NCBI GenBank assembly: GCA_041744215.1 | Contig: JBGTLG010000039.1 | Location: forward strand, 96,001-160,000 | Length of the DNA: 64,000 nt | Reading direction: 5' to 3' | Origin: Fimbriimonadales bacterium | Lineage (GTDB): Bacteria; Armatimonadota; Fimbriimonadia; Fimbriimonadales; ATM1 | In this document: positions 10,652-19,672 of the stretch, piece after piece | Layout of the letters: each line of letters begins with the position of its first letter | How positions within the stretch are numbered: position 1 is the stretch's first letter | Translations under genes and position numbers: made by a program | The notes under the pieces: model-generated | The model's input: only the letters and a program-made list of their open reading frames with translations | Database searches by the model: none | What the model was told of the DNA's origin: nothing

Positions 10652-11956
10652 CTACCCCGCACTTTCCTCCATTTTGACCTTAGCCTTTGTTACCAGGTAC
10701 TCCAGAACCTTCTTTCTCATCGCCCCGAAGTGGAGTTCGTCCACCCGGCCGGCCCGGCGAATCGCTGTCCACGCATCTTCGGGGGACATTCGCTCATGGC
10801 GGGCGATCTCCGTAACCTGGTCCATGATGTCCGCCTTGTCAAGCTTCATTTCGAGCTTGGAAAAGATCTCTGTCATGAGTAGGGCGCGCTTCACCTCCAG
10901 GGTCGCCTCGGAGTGGATTTGCTGCCCCATTTGCTCGACCGTCATGTTGTTCTGCTGGGCGACATCCTCAAGGGTCATCGAGGCATCCACAGCCTCCTTT
11001 GCCAGGCCTTGAAGCCTCTGCTCTGCCACACCTTCGATCATCGTGTCTGGCGCGTGGATCGTCGAGGACTTTACCAGGGCGTCAAGAATCTGTTCATGGA
11101 CGAGGCTCTCCGCCCACCGCTCCTTTGCCCGCTCGATGCCCTCCCGAACGCGGGCGGTGAGTTCGTCAACGGATTCTGTGTTGAACTGTTGCGCGAACTC
11201 GTCAGTGAGGTCGGGGAGTTCTGGCGCGGACAAGGATCTGAGCCTGATCTGGCAACTGAGAAGCTTGCCCGACCAGTCCTTCTCCTGAAAATTCTCGGGG
11301 AACTGGAGGTCGGCGTGCTTGATCGCGTCGAGATCCATACCTGTGAGGATCTGGTCCAGCTGAGGGAAGGTCTGGCCGACGACCGCCATGAATGTGCGAC
11401 CATCGCCCTCCTCTTCGTCGACTTTGATATTGACGACCGCGAAGTCCCCTTCTCTTGCGCCTCGGGAATCAACGGCTTTTCGCGTCGCCTGGCCCTGGCG
11501 GAGTTCAGTTAGCTGGCGCTCTACCTCTTCGTCTGAGACCTCTGCGCTTGGCTTCGTAACCTCGATCCCTTCGATTGGGCCTAGCTCAACCTGCGGGGGT
11601 AGCGGTACCTTTGCCGTGAACTCGATTTCGCCTCCCTCACCCTCGAACTTCGTGATCTCGATCTTGGGTGCCGAGTGCGGCTGGAGGTTTTGTTCTTTGA
11701 CTGCCTCGGTGTAGGCGGTCTTCACAATCTCTTCGGCTGCGACTTCGTTCAGCCAGGCCGGGTCCACATACTGCTTCACGAGGTGAAGGGGAGCGGTGCC
11801 CGGGCGAAAGCCGGGAACCTTGATCTTCTTGGAAGCCTTCCTATAGGCTCGACCGAATCCGGCTCCGACCTGTGCCGATGAACATTGCACCTTGAGGAGA
11901 ATGGTGCACGGATTGAGGTCTTCGCGGACGATTTGCATGGAGGTTGAGGTCGACAT
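10652..11956 (-). CDS. tig: Trigger factor
   Basis: Ribosome-binding motif VPGFRPGTAP, FKBP-like middle domain, canonical tig-clpP-clpX order. Start at ATG 11956 or 11938. Confidence 0.95.
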   Translation of the reverse strand: MSTSTSMQIVREDLNPCTILLKVQCSSAQVGAGFGRAYRKASKKIKVPGFRPGTAPLHLVKQYVDPAWLNEVAAEEIVKTAYTEAVKEQNLQPHSAPKIEITKFEGEGGEIEFTAKVPLPPQVELGPIEGIEVTKPSAEVSDEEVERQLTELRQGQATRKAVDSRGAREGDFAVVNIKVDEEEGDGRTFMAVVGQTFPQLDQILTGMDLDAIKHADLQFPENFQEKDWSGKLLSCQIRLRSLSAPELPDLTDEFAQQFNTESVDELTARVREGIERAKERWAESLVHEQILDALVKSSTIHAPDTMIEGVAEQRLQGLAKEAVDASMTLEDVAQQNNMTVEQMGQQIHSEATLEVKRALLMTEIFSKLEMKLDKADIMDQVTEIARHERMSPEDAWTAIRRAGRVDELHFGAMRKKVLEYLVTKAKVKMEESAG

Positions 11957-12136
11957 GTGGAGAACGAGAAGGATACCTCTTGGGTACTTGGTGAGAGGGA
12001 GTGGAGCCTCGGGGGCGGCGTCCTCTTGCAGTTTGCCGTTACATGCCGAACTCAAACAAGGAGTCGGGCGAGGCTTCGGCGACTGATGGGGCTCAGGCCG
12101 AAGACTGTCAGACTAACAGCGTTCGATCAGCCAGAT

Positions 12137-12805
12137 TCACATCTTTTCAATCAGGATTGTGAAAACAGTGTCGTCTGCCCAGTCGTGGGAAAGGTGGGGA
12201 TCGAGCGCGAAGTCAACGCTCGCGCCAGCAATGACTGTCGTGATCACCTCGAACGTTAGGCCAATGGTATCTGTCCCCTCAATGAACGCGAACCAAACTT
12301 CGTTTGAACCGACAAACATTCTGGCCACAACACCGTTGCTGAGCGGACTTCCGTTTGCCTTTCGTAGAACTCCCGTTATCCTGACCAGACCAGTCGTCTC
12401 CGCGATCCACCTTCGGACAGCCCAGATTTCTTTCGGATGCGCGCTCCCTGACGTTGTGGTTCCGTTTGAATGAATGTTCGCGGCCTGCAGCAGAGCGTAA
12501 GACGAAGCTTCGTCAAACCACCAGGTACCGGCTGAGAACTGTGGCATGAGCTGAAAGTGTCCCGGGCTGAACGGTCCAGGATAAAAGCCATACTGCCAAT
12601 TGAGGTGACCTTGTACTGAAGAGAATTCCGCCACGGAGTTGGCGATCAGGGTTGGGCTACGCGAATTGCTCGGCGGGCAACCTGAGAGTGTGAGCCCCGC
12701 CAAGCACAACCCAAAGGGCGCCGCAATGCGACGCGTTATCGTCCTCCAATTCGCATGCCCAGCCCCATAACGGTCGGTCCCCTTCAAAGTGTGCGGCGAG
12801 TCCAA
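12137..12805 (-). CDS. Hypothetical lipoprotein carrying one ~170-aa beta-rich extracytoplasmic domain
   Basis: TTG start 8 nt after GGAGGTG; signal TRRIAAPFGLCLAGLTLSGC with lipobox; the mature domain is paralogous to the C-terminal domain of 12906..13784. Confidence 0.8.
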   Translation of the reverse strand: MDSPHTLKGTDRYGAGHANWRTITRRIAAPFGLCLAGLTLSGCPPSNSRSPTLIANSVAEFSSVQGHLNWQYGFYPGPFSPGHFQLMPQFSAGTWWFDEASSYALLQAANIHSNGTTTSGSAHPKEIWAVRRWIAETTGLVRITGVLRKANGSPLSNGVVARMFVGSNEVWFAFIEGTDTIGLTFEVITTVIAGASVDFALDPHLSHDWADDTVFTILIEKM

Positions 12806-12905
12806 CTATCAAGCACCTCCGATGTTCCGCATACTGTAAAGCAAGCGGCAGGAGATTTACAAGTCGTGTTTTTTCGTACGTAACCGAGTTGAAGGCGCCG
12901 TCTGC

Positions 12906-13784
12906 TCAGCGGAGAATGCGGAACCGAGTAATTGTAGCGTCGGCGCCGTCATCAGAGAAGAGCGGATCCAGCGCGAAGTCGATCGGATCGCCCTTCTTAA
13001 CTTCCAGGCGGAGGCTGTGGCTGATTCCAATTCCGTCGACGCCGCTTATCTTGTGACGCCAGATTTCTGCGCCTCGATGGTAGACGAGCAATCCAACACC
13101 GTTGCTGGACGCGCTGAAGTTGTCCTTGCGGAATTCAAGTTGGACGATAAGAGTACCGGATACCGGGGAGACCCACCTTCGAACAGGCCATTGTTCGACT
13201 TGCAAAGTGAGCCCGGTGGTCTTTCTCCCGTTCGGATGCGCACCATCCGCCCAGAGTCTCGTGTAGAAGGTTTCGCGGTGCACCATCCACCCACCTGGAC
13301 CGAAGTCAGACATCAGTCTGAATTCGCCGGGCAGATTGGGTTCGGAGAAGTAACCGTAGAACCAGTTGCGATAGCCCTGTTCTGATCCGAAGTCGGCGGC
13401 AGAATCTGCGAGAAGCTTGGGCTTGCTGTAGATTGCTCCGGCGAGTGCGAGCACGCCTATCGCCCCGGCGAGAGTGGTTGCAATCACCATAAACGTGCGG
13501 CGTGGTCGAGGAGTCGACTCGCGTGCTTTTCCGTTCACGAAGTCGGCATCGACAGTTGCGGATCCGACTGCTTCCCGGGCGTATCGCGCGATTGCAGCCG
13601 CCGAAGTTTCGACTCTCATCTTTGCGCGGATACGCGCCAGGTGTGATTCTACAGTCCGCGAAGAGACCCCGAGTTGCGTAGCAACGCCTTTCGCATGGCC
13701 GACCTCTTGATAGTGCTCAAGGACCTCGGCCTCCCTCTCGGTCAGCCCCCACGGATTGTTTGACTCGTTTGGCCGCCGTCCCAT
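12906..13784 (-). CDS. Membrane-anchored LuxR/GerE-type HTH transcription regulator with extracytoplasmic domain
   Basis: N-terminal LTEREAEVLE...AKGVATQLGVSSRTVESHLARIRAKM (LuxR HTH); one hydrophobic helix FMVIATTLAGAIGVLALAGAIY preceded by RPRR; C-terminal ~170-aa domain. GAGG precedes ATG 13784. Confidence 0.85.
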   Translation of the reverse strand: MGRRPNESNNPWGLTEREAEVLEHYQEVGHAKGVATQLGVSSRTVESHLARIRAKMRVETSAAAIARYAREAVGSATVDADFVNGKARESTPRPRRTFMVIATTLAGAIGVLALAGAIYSKPKLLADSAADFGSEQGYRNWFYGYFSEPNLPGEFRLMSDFGPGGWMVHRETFYTRLWADGAHPNGRKTTGLTLQVEQWPVRRWVSPVSGTLIVQLEFRKDNFSASSNGVGLLVYHRGAEIWRHKISGVDGIGISHSLRLEVKKGDPIDFALDPLFSDDGADATITRFRILR

Positions 13785-13826
13785 CTCTGTCCTCAAATCG
13801 TGCTGCGCTCAGCGTCGTTCGACTGG

Positions 13827-13832
13827 ATTATA
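13827..13832 (-). promoter_or_regulatory. -10 hexamer (TATAAT) for the LuxR-TM regulator
   Basis: Perfect TATAAT on the minus strand, 42 nt upstream of ATG 13784 and downstream of the tRNA terminator. Confidence 0.5.
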
Positions 13833-13897
13833 CCGACGGATAGACTGAGGGACGAAGTTCGCTCCCGTAGGACGGCTGAAGAAGATGGGCCTCAACG

Positions 13898-13923
13898 AAA
13901 AGTGCCCCGGCAAGCCAGGGCAC
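13898..13923 (-). terminator. Intrinsic terminator after tRNA-Gly
   Basis: Minus strand GTGCCCTGG-CTTG-CCGGGGCAC followed by TTTT. Confidence 0.7.
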
Positions 13924-13932
13924 CTTCAAACA

Positions 13933-14007
13933 TGGAGCGGGAAACGAGATTCGAACTCGCGACCCTCTCGTTGGCAACGAGATGCTCTACCACTGAGCTA
14001 TTCCCGC
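13933..14007 (-). tRNA. tRNA-Gly (GCC)
   Basis: GCGGGAATAGCTCAGTGGTAGAGCATCTCGTTGCCAACGAGAGGGTCGCGAGTTCGAATCTCGTTTCCCGCTCCA: cloverleaf, anticodon GCC, encoded CCA. Confidence 0.97.
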
Positions 14008-14064
14008 GGTCGAAGCACCATTAAGGCTTATGGGGCGCTTCAGAGTCAAGGGGGATCAACTGCG

Positions 14065-14934
14065 TCAAGTTTTCAGCGCCTCAGCGCCTCCAACGATTTC
14101 AAGGATTTCTTTCGTGATCGCAGCTTGGCGGCTCCGGTTTGCTTGCAGGGTGAGCGTGCTGATCATGTCGCCCGCGCTGTCGGTGGCGCTGGTCATCGCT
14201 GTCATGCGCGCGCCGTGTTCGCTCGCCGTCGATTCAAGAAGACCTTGCTGCGTGACAGTGAGCGCGTATCTCGGGAGGAGCTGCCCGAGCAATTCGGTGG
14301 CACCAGGCTCGAATGAGTACGTCTTCGTCGAGGCTTTGCTTGGTCCAGCATCTTCGCGTTGCGGCGGCTGGATAGGCAAAAGCTGAACTGCTTCGGGCAC
14401 TTGCCTAATCGCTGAGAAGAATTTGCTATAGATCAGGTAGATCGCATCGAGTGCTTCGCTCTGGAACATCTCCTCCGCGTGTGAGAAGATCTCTTGCGCG
14501 TGGCGGTGTGTTGGGCCTGATGTCGGGATCGAGAAATGTTCTCCCATGTTGTAGCCACGCTTGCTAAAGAACTGCTCTGCCTTTTTACCGACGCTGACGA
14601 CCGTCGCATCACCGGGTGTGTTTTTGATGAACTCAACAGCGCGGCGCAGTAGGTTGCTATTGAACGAACCGCAGAGTCCACGGTCGGCTGTGATCACGAT
14701 GACGCCGTACTTTTCGATCGGGCGTCTTGCTAAGAGCGGATGCTCTGGCATATCGCCTGCCTCTGCGAGGCTCGCGATCAATTCGCGCATTTTGTCGGAG
14801 TAGGGTCGCGCTTCGAGTACGCGGTCTTGCGCGCGTCTGAGCCTCGCAGCAGCGACGAGCTTCATTGCGCGCGTTATCTGGCGAATGCTCTTCGCGCTTT
14901 TGATACGTTGTTGGAGGTTCTTTATACTCGGCAT
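14065..14934 (-). CDS. atpG: ATP synthase F1 gamma subunit
   Basis: IRQITRAMKLVAAARL, ADRGLCGSFN, RQAAITKEILEIVGGAEAL. Confidence 0.98.
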   Translation of the reverse strand: MPSIKNLQQRIKSAKSIRQITRAMKLVAAARLRRAQDRVLEARPYSDKMRELIASLAEAGDMPEHPLLARRPIEKYGVIVITADRGLCGSFNSNLLRRAVEFIKNTPGDATVVSVGKKAEQFFSKRGYNMGEHFSIPTSGPTHRHAQEIFSHAEEMFQSEALDAIYLIYSKFFSAIRQVPEAVQLLPIQPPQREDAGPSKASTKTYSFEPGATELLGQLLPRYALTVTQQGLLESTASEHGARMTAMTSATDSAGDMISTLTLQANRSRQAAITKEILEIVGGAEALKT

Positions 14935-14953
14935 TTAGGGTTCGATTATCGAG

Positions 14954-16513
14954 TTATGCTGTGACGTGTTCCGCCGCCGCAGCCTTTTGCTCAAGGAACT
15001 GTTGCTGGAACTCGCCGATCGCTTTTCTGGCGGACTCTTCGGTTTCGGTCGACCAGGCTTTGGTGCTGCGGACTCTCTCGATAAGGTCTGGATACATTTC
15101 GTGGAGATACTTCAGGAGACCCTTTTCGAATGCCTTGATGTCGGGAATATCAATCTGATCGAGGAAGCCTCCGGTTCCCGCAAACACTGAGAAGATCTGG
15201 TCTATGACGTCGTACGGCGTGTAAATGTCCTGCTTCAGCAGTTCTGTGAGTCGTTGTCCTCGAGCAAGCTGTTGCTGTGTCGCTTTGTCGAGGTCGCTCG
15301 CGAATTGTGCGAATGCCGCGACTTCGCGATACTGTGCCATTTCGAGTTTAAGTTTTCCAGCGACCGCTTTCATCGCTTTGATTTGGGCATTTCCGCCGAC
15401 GCGGCTGACTGATATGCCGACGTTGATCGCGGGTCGGACACCTGCGAAGAAGAGGTCTGGCTCGAGATAGATTTGCCCGTCGGTAATGGAGATCACGTTC
15501 GTCGGGATGTATGCAGAGACATCGCCTGCCTGCGTTTCGATGATTGGGAGCGCAGTGAGCGACCCTGCGCCATTCTCATCGCTCATTTTTGCAGCACGCT
15601 CAAGGAGGCGGCTGTGCAGATAGAAGACGTCGCCTGGGTACGCTTCGCGCCCTGGCGGCCGCCTTAGGAGAAGCGAAACGGTCCTGTATGCCTGGGCGTG
15701 CTTTGAGAGATCGTCGTAGATAGCAAGCGCGTGCATTCCGTTGTCGCGGAAGTACTCTCCCATCGTTGCACCAGCAAATGGTGCGAGGTATTGGAGCGCG
15801 TTCGATTCGGACGCGGATGCGACGACGACGATGGTGTATTCCATCGCGCCTTCCTTTTCTAGTGTCTCAACGACCCGACGGACGGACCCCATGCGCTGAC
15901 CAATTGCGACGTAGATGCAGTAAACGGGTGAGCCGCCTGGCTCATGGGTGGACTTTTGGTTAATGATTGTGTCGATACAAATCGCGGTCTTCCCAGTTTG
16001 CCGGTCACCGATAATGAGTTCACGCTGCCCCCTTCCGATTGGGATCATTGCGTCAATGGCTTTGATTCCCGTTTGTAGAGGTTCTGTAACGGGTTGTCTT
16101 GCAACGACACCCGGGGCTAGCCTTTCGATGCGCGACATCTCTTCGCTCGGAATCGGACCTTTCTCGTCAAGCGGTTGTCCGAGCGGATTGACGACGCGGC
16201 CAAGAAGTCCCTTACCAACCGGAATCGATATGATTCGTCCAGTTTCACGGACGGGGTCGCCCTCCTTGATGTTTTCGTCAGAACCGAGGAGTACCGCGCC
16301 AATCGTGTTTTCTTCGAGATTGAGCGCGAGTCCCATGACTCCTCCGGGAAACTCAAGGAGTTCGCCCATCTGCGCGTCTGGCAGACCATGAACGCGCGCT
16401 ATGCCATCGCCGACTTGGAGGACGGTCCCCATGTGTTCGGTTTTAGTGCCGGCGTCGAACGACTCTAGCTCTTTTGTTAGGATGCTTGTGATTTCTTCTG
16501 GGCGGATGGCCAT
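14954..16513 (-). CDS. atpA: ATP synthase F1 alpha subunit
   Basis: [42 protein letters not shown]. Confidence 0.99.
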   Translation of the reverse strand: MAIRPEEITSILTKELESFDAGTKTEHMGTVLQVGDGIARVHGLPDAQMGELLEFPGGVMGLALNLEENTIGAVLLGSDENIKEGDPVRETGRIISIPVGKGLLGRVVNPLGQPLDEKGPIPSEEMSRIERLAPGVVARQPVTEPLQTGIKAIDAMIPIGRGQRELIIGDRQTGKTAICIDTIINQKSTHEPGGSPVYCIYVAIGQRMGSVRRVVETLEKEGAMEYTIVVVASASESNALQYLAPFAGATMGEYFRDNGMHALAIYDDLSKHAQAYRTVSLLLRRPPGREAYPGDVFYLHSRLLERAAKMSDENGAGSLTALPIIETQAGDVSAYIPTNVISITDGQIYLEPDLFFAGVRPAINVGISVSRVGGNAQIKAMKAVAGKLKLEMAQYREVAAFAQFASDLDKATQQQLARGQRLTELLKQDIYTPYDVIDQIFSVFAGTGGFLDQIDIPDIKAFEKGLLKYLHEMYPDLIERVRSTKAWSTETEESARKAIGEFQQQFLEQKAAAAEHVTA

Positions 16514-16532
16514 GGTTGTTGGATTCTCCAGT

Positions 16533-17084
16533 TTATGCTTGCTTCAGGACGTCGATGTAGAGTCGTTCGCGAAGTCTTCTGAGGGCGCCGCTGACGCTTC
16601 CATCGAGGACGTTATCGGCGTACCTCGCGGTAACTCCACCAATCTTGGATGGATCGACGTCGAGGTCGTAGACGACCCGTTTCTCGGTCTCGGACTCAAT
16701 CTTTTTGACAATGCGGTCGATCTGGTCTTGCGAGAGCTGTGTCGCCGAAGAGATTTGGACATGGATGATCCCCTCGGCTTCCTCTCGCAGTCTCACGAAG
16801 TCTTTCGCGATGAGCGCGAAGTCGTCTTCTCGGTTCTTCTCGACAAGAAGTCGAAGCAGGCGGACGGTTAGTGGCCTTGCTCGATCAGAGAAGATGCGAT
16901 TGATCAGCTCGAGCTTCTTCTCGCGCGTTACCTTTGGGCTTTCGAGCAGTTGCTTGAACTCGGGCTTAGCAGCAAGGATGGCGACAATCGCATCGAGGTC
17001 CTCTTCGACCTCTTTGACAACGCCACCGTTTTGTGCTGCTGCCAGCAAAGCTCTCGCGTAGCGAACCGCGGCCCTTGCGTCCAT
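16533..17084 (-). CDS. atpH: ATP synthase F1 delta subunit
   Basis: AAVRYARAL...DPSKIGG...DGSV; lies between atpF and atpA. Confidence 0.93.
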   Translation of the reverse strand: MDARAAVRYARALLAAAQNGGVVKEVEEDLDAIVAILAAKPEFKQLLESPKVTREKKLELINRIFSDRARPLTVRLLRLLVEKNREDDFALIAKDFVRLREEAEGIIHVQISSATQLSQDQIDRIVKKIESETEKRVVYDLDVDPSKIGGVTARYADNVLDGSVSGALRRLRERLYIDVLKQA

Positions 17085-17085
17085 G

Positions 17086-17709
17086 CTACTTGCCCACCTC
17101 AACTGTGTCGATGAACTTTTCGACAAGCTGGCGCTGTCGGTCCGGATCCATACTTTCCCCGATGAGTTTCTCGGTGGCGGTTAGTGTCATCTCGACGACT
17201 TGCGTTCGCATTTCGACGAGGGCTTTTGCTCTTTCGCGCTCAATGCTATCTTCAGCCTTTCGGCGTATGTCCTCCGCTTGCGTCCTCGCCTCAGCGATGA
17301 TTTGATTTTTCATCTGCTGGGCTTCTGCGAGCGCCTTCTGAATCTCGTCCCTGGAATCCGCTTCTGATTTCGCGAGCTTCTCCTCATATGCAGTTTTGAG
17401 GTCAGTCATTCTCGCTTTCAGGTCTTCAGCTTCCGCAAACGTCTCTTCTAGGTTGTGGTTCCTCGTATCTATCGCCTCCGTGAGCGGCTTCAGATAGAAG
17501 AAGTCCATGAGCTTGAAGAGGATGAAGAAGACGCCGATCGTTGCGATCGTCTTCCCGAGGTCGAGCGGGATTCCCTGCTCTGCCAGCGTATGCTGGAACG
17601 GGATGTCAACGTTCTTTGAGACGTACGCGCCGCCTACCATCAGAGCTGCGCCGACCACCAACATGGCGATCGTTGATCCGGCTGAGCCTTTCTTGTTCTG
17701 ATTTTCCAT
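17086..17709 (-). CDS. atpF: ATP synthase F0 b subunit with extra N-terminal hydrophobic segment
   Basis: TM helix, then KPL...R and a long coiled coil; operon position. Start at ATG 17709 or 17727. Confidence 0.9.
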   Translation of the reverse strand: MENQNKKGSAGSTIAMLVVGAALMVGGAYVSKNVDIPFQHTLAEQGIPLDLGKTIATIGVFFILFKLMDFFYLKPLTEAIDTRNHNLEETFAEAEDLKARMTDLKTAYEEKLAKSEADSRDEIQKALAEAQQMKNQIIAEARTQAEDIRRKAEDSIERERAKALVEMRTQVVEMTLTATEKLIGESMDPDRQRQLVEKFIDTVEVGK

Positions 17710-17732
17710 TTGCTCTCGCTTTGACATTGACG

Positions 17733-17767
17733 AAAAAGCCTCTGCGCGCGAACGCGCATACCGAGGC
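17733..17767 (-). terminator. Intra-operon hairpin with U-tract between atpE and atpF
   Basis: Minus strand GCCTC-ggta-TGCGCG-TTCG-CGCGCA-GAGGC-TTTTT. Confidence 0.6.
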
Positions 17768-17785
17768 CTTGCCAGCCGATAGGTT

Positions 17786-17998
<213 letters not shown>

Positions 17999-18056
17999 TT
18001 AGTGTCCTCCTAGGGGTGTCATTCCGATTCGATAGCAAACCGGGAATTCGTCGATG

Positions 18057-18866
18057 TTAGTGCGCGGGGGCGTGTGCCTCCTTCGATTCGTGCGCATCTT
18101 CTTCGTGGTGAGTGACGAGCGAAATGTAAACGCACGTCAGGAGACAAAAGATCAAAGCCTGCACGATACACGTGAGCAGTTTGATCGGCATTAGGAATGC
18201 TCCAACCGGGATGTAGTAGTCCCAGAGCATTTTGTTCATTGCGTCCGCAGCCTGGTGGCCGCCATCGATGTTTCCGTAGAGTCGCAGGCTGAGCGATACG
18301 TTTTTCATTACTTCGGAAATCAGCTCAACGACAAAGATGAGGCCTGAGATTGGGACGAGCACGAGTGGAAGTCTTGGGCCGGTGAAGTGGATCAGGTGTC
18401 TGAAGATAGCTCTCGGTACTGCGGCACCCTGGCTGACTCCTTTATGTCGAAGGTGTTCGTATTGCGAGACGACGCCCGCGTATTGAACATAGCCGACAGC
18501 AATCAGCGCCATGCCAAGGTTGAAGCTCAGGTCCGCTGTCGGCGAAGATGGGAAAAGCAACGCTGTAATGTTTCCGACGAAAATCACGATCCAGAACGTG
18601 AACATCATTGGAACAAATCGCTCGCCATGCGGACCAATGATCGAGATACAGAGGTTTTTTACGAAGATGTAAACGTGCTCGTAGAGCTTTGTTATCCGGT
18701 TGGTAAACACCCGATCCGTGAGCCCGGATTTTGCATACGCCATGGTGCCGAATATAAACGCCAGGACGAGGCCGACGTAAAACACGAGGCCCCAAAAACT
18801 CATTCCATGCCCTGCCTCCCCTGCGGCAGCAATGTTTGTCCCGGAAAAACGAAAATACGGTTCCAT
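18057..18866 (-). CDS. atpB: ATP synthase F0 a subunit
   Basis: SPTAD, SLSLRLYGNI (essential Arg), IVQALIFCLLT. Confidence 0.95.
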   Translation of the reverse strand: MEPYFRFSGTNIAAAGEAGHGMSFWGLVFYVGLVLAFIFGTMAYAKSGLTDRVFTNRITKLYEHVYIFVKNLCISIIGPHGERFVPMMFTFWIVIFVGNITALLFPSSPTADLSFNLGMALIAVGYVQYAGVVSQYEHLRHKGVSQGAAVPRAIFRHLIHFTGPRLPLVLVPISGLIFVVELISEVMKNVSLSLRLYGNIDGGHQAADAMNKMLWDYYIPVGAFLMPIKLLTCIVQALIFCLLTCVYISLVTHHEEDAHESKEAHAPAH

Positions 18867-18885
18867 ACAACAGCAAAACGGGGGC

Positions 18886-19251
18886 CTAACTCGAAGTTAG
18901 AGCCCAACCGACCAGCGCGCAGTATACCATTGCAAAAGCCAGCATAAACAGAGTTGGCGCGGGGTGTCCGAGACGATACATGACGATCACCAGCCAGATC
19001 AGGATCGGCACCTTCACAAGGAACAGTCCGACGGCGAAGAATCCTCCGAGTTTGGTGGCTCCACGGTACGTCGCCGCTTCACCCATCAAGGCCATCAGCC
19101 GGGCTGAGGTCCAGAGGCTGAAGGCACCCGCCGCAAGGCCACTGGCTGCGCTGGAGAGTCCAAGTGTGCCGGCTTTGACCACTGCAAAGATTAGGAGACC
19201 CAGGGCGGTGGCGACGGAGGCGGCAAGGAACCAGCGGCGTCTTGGTGTCAC
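18886..19251 (-). CDS. AtpI-like 4-TM membrane protein
   Basis: About four hydrophobic helices, directly upstream of atpB; GTG start overlaps the upstream TGA (GTGA). Confidence 0.65.
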   Translation of the reverse strand: MTPRRRWFLAASVATALGLLIFAVVKAGTLGLSSAASGLAAGAFSLWTSARLMALMGEAATYRGATKLGGFFAVGLFLVKVPILIWLVIVMYRLGHPAPTLFMLAFAMVYCALVGWALTSS

Positions 19252-19631
19252 AACTTGCTCTGGTGCTTCGAGAGAATTGCCAACGCCATCGCGACGCCCG
19301 CGGCGGCCATGATGATCGTGAGCCAACCGCTCCAATTGCTGCCTCCAACTCGGTCGTCAATCAGCCGTCCTATGAAGTATCCGGCGAGCGGAGCGATGAT
19401 GATGACGTATGCGACGGTTAATCCGACTCCGAGCCCTCTCGCGGACTTCCCTTCGACGAGCGATCGTTTGGCGGCGTCGCCTCTGTGATTGTCATGTTTG
19501 GCCCTCGCCGCACGCCCGCGCTCTGAAATCGTCTCTATCTCGTCGATGATTTCAGTCGAGAAGGAATCCGGAGGCGCGGTGGTCGGTGCCTCGTCCTCTT
19601 GGTCGGGGTCGCGCCCAGGAACTTCGCTCAT
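19248..19631 (-). CDS. AtpZ/AtpI family protein
   Basis: Two TM helices around GYFIGRLIDDR, typical of the ATPase gene-1 family; first gene of the atp cluster. Confidence 0.75.
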   Translation of the reverse strand: MSEVPGRDPDQEDEAPTTAPPDSFSTEIIDEIETISERGRAARAKHDNHRGDAAKRSLVEGKSARGLGVGLTVAYVIIIAPLAGYFIGRLIDDRVGGSNWSGWLTIIMAAAGVAMALAILSKHQSKL

Positions 19632-19672
19632 CCTGGCGACAGTGTACCGAAGCTCATCGTATACTTCTCGAC

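Noticed and set aside
11995-12010. TGGAGC as a possible att duplication of the tRNA-Gly 3' end
   Set aside because: Only 6 matching bases and no integrase nearby; not significant.
12010-12050. GGCAAAC...GGACGC on the minus strand upstream of tig, reminiscent of a c-di-GMP-I riboswitch
   Set aside because: The P2 stem is too short, the following AAAG/P3 elements are missing and no P1 is evident; probably chance.
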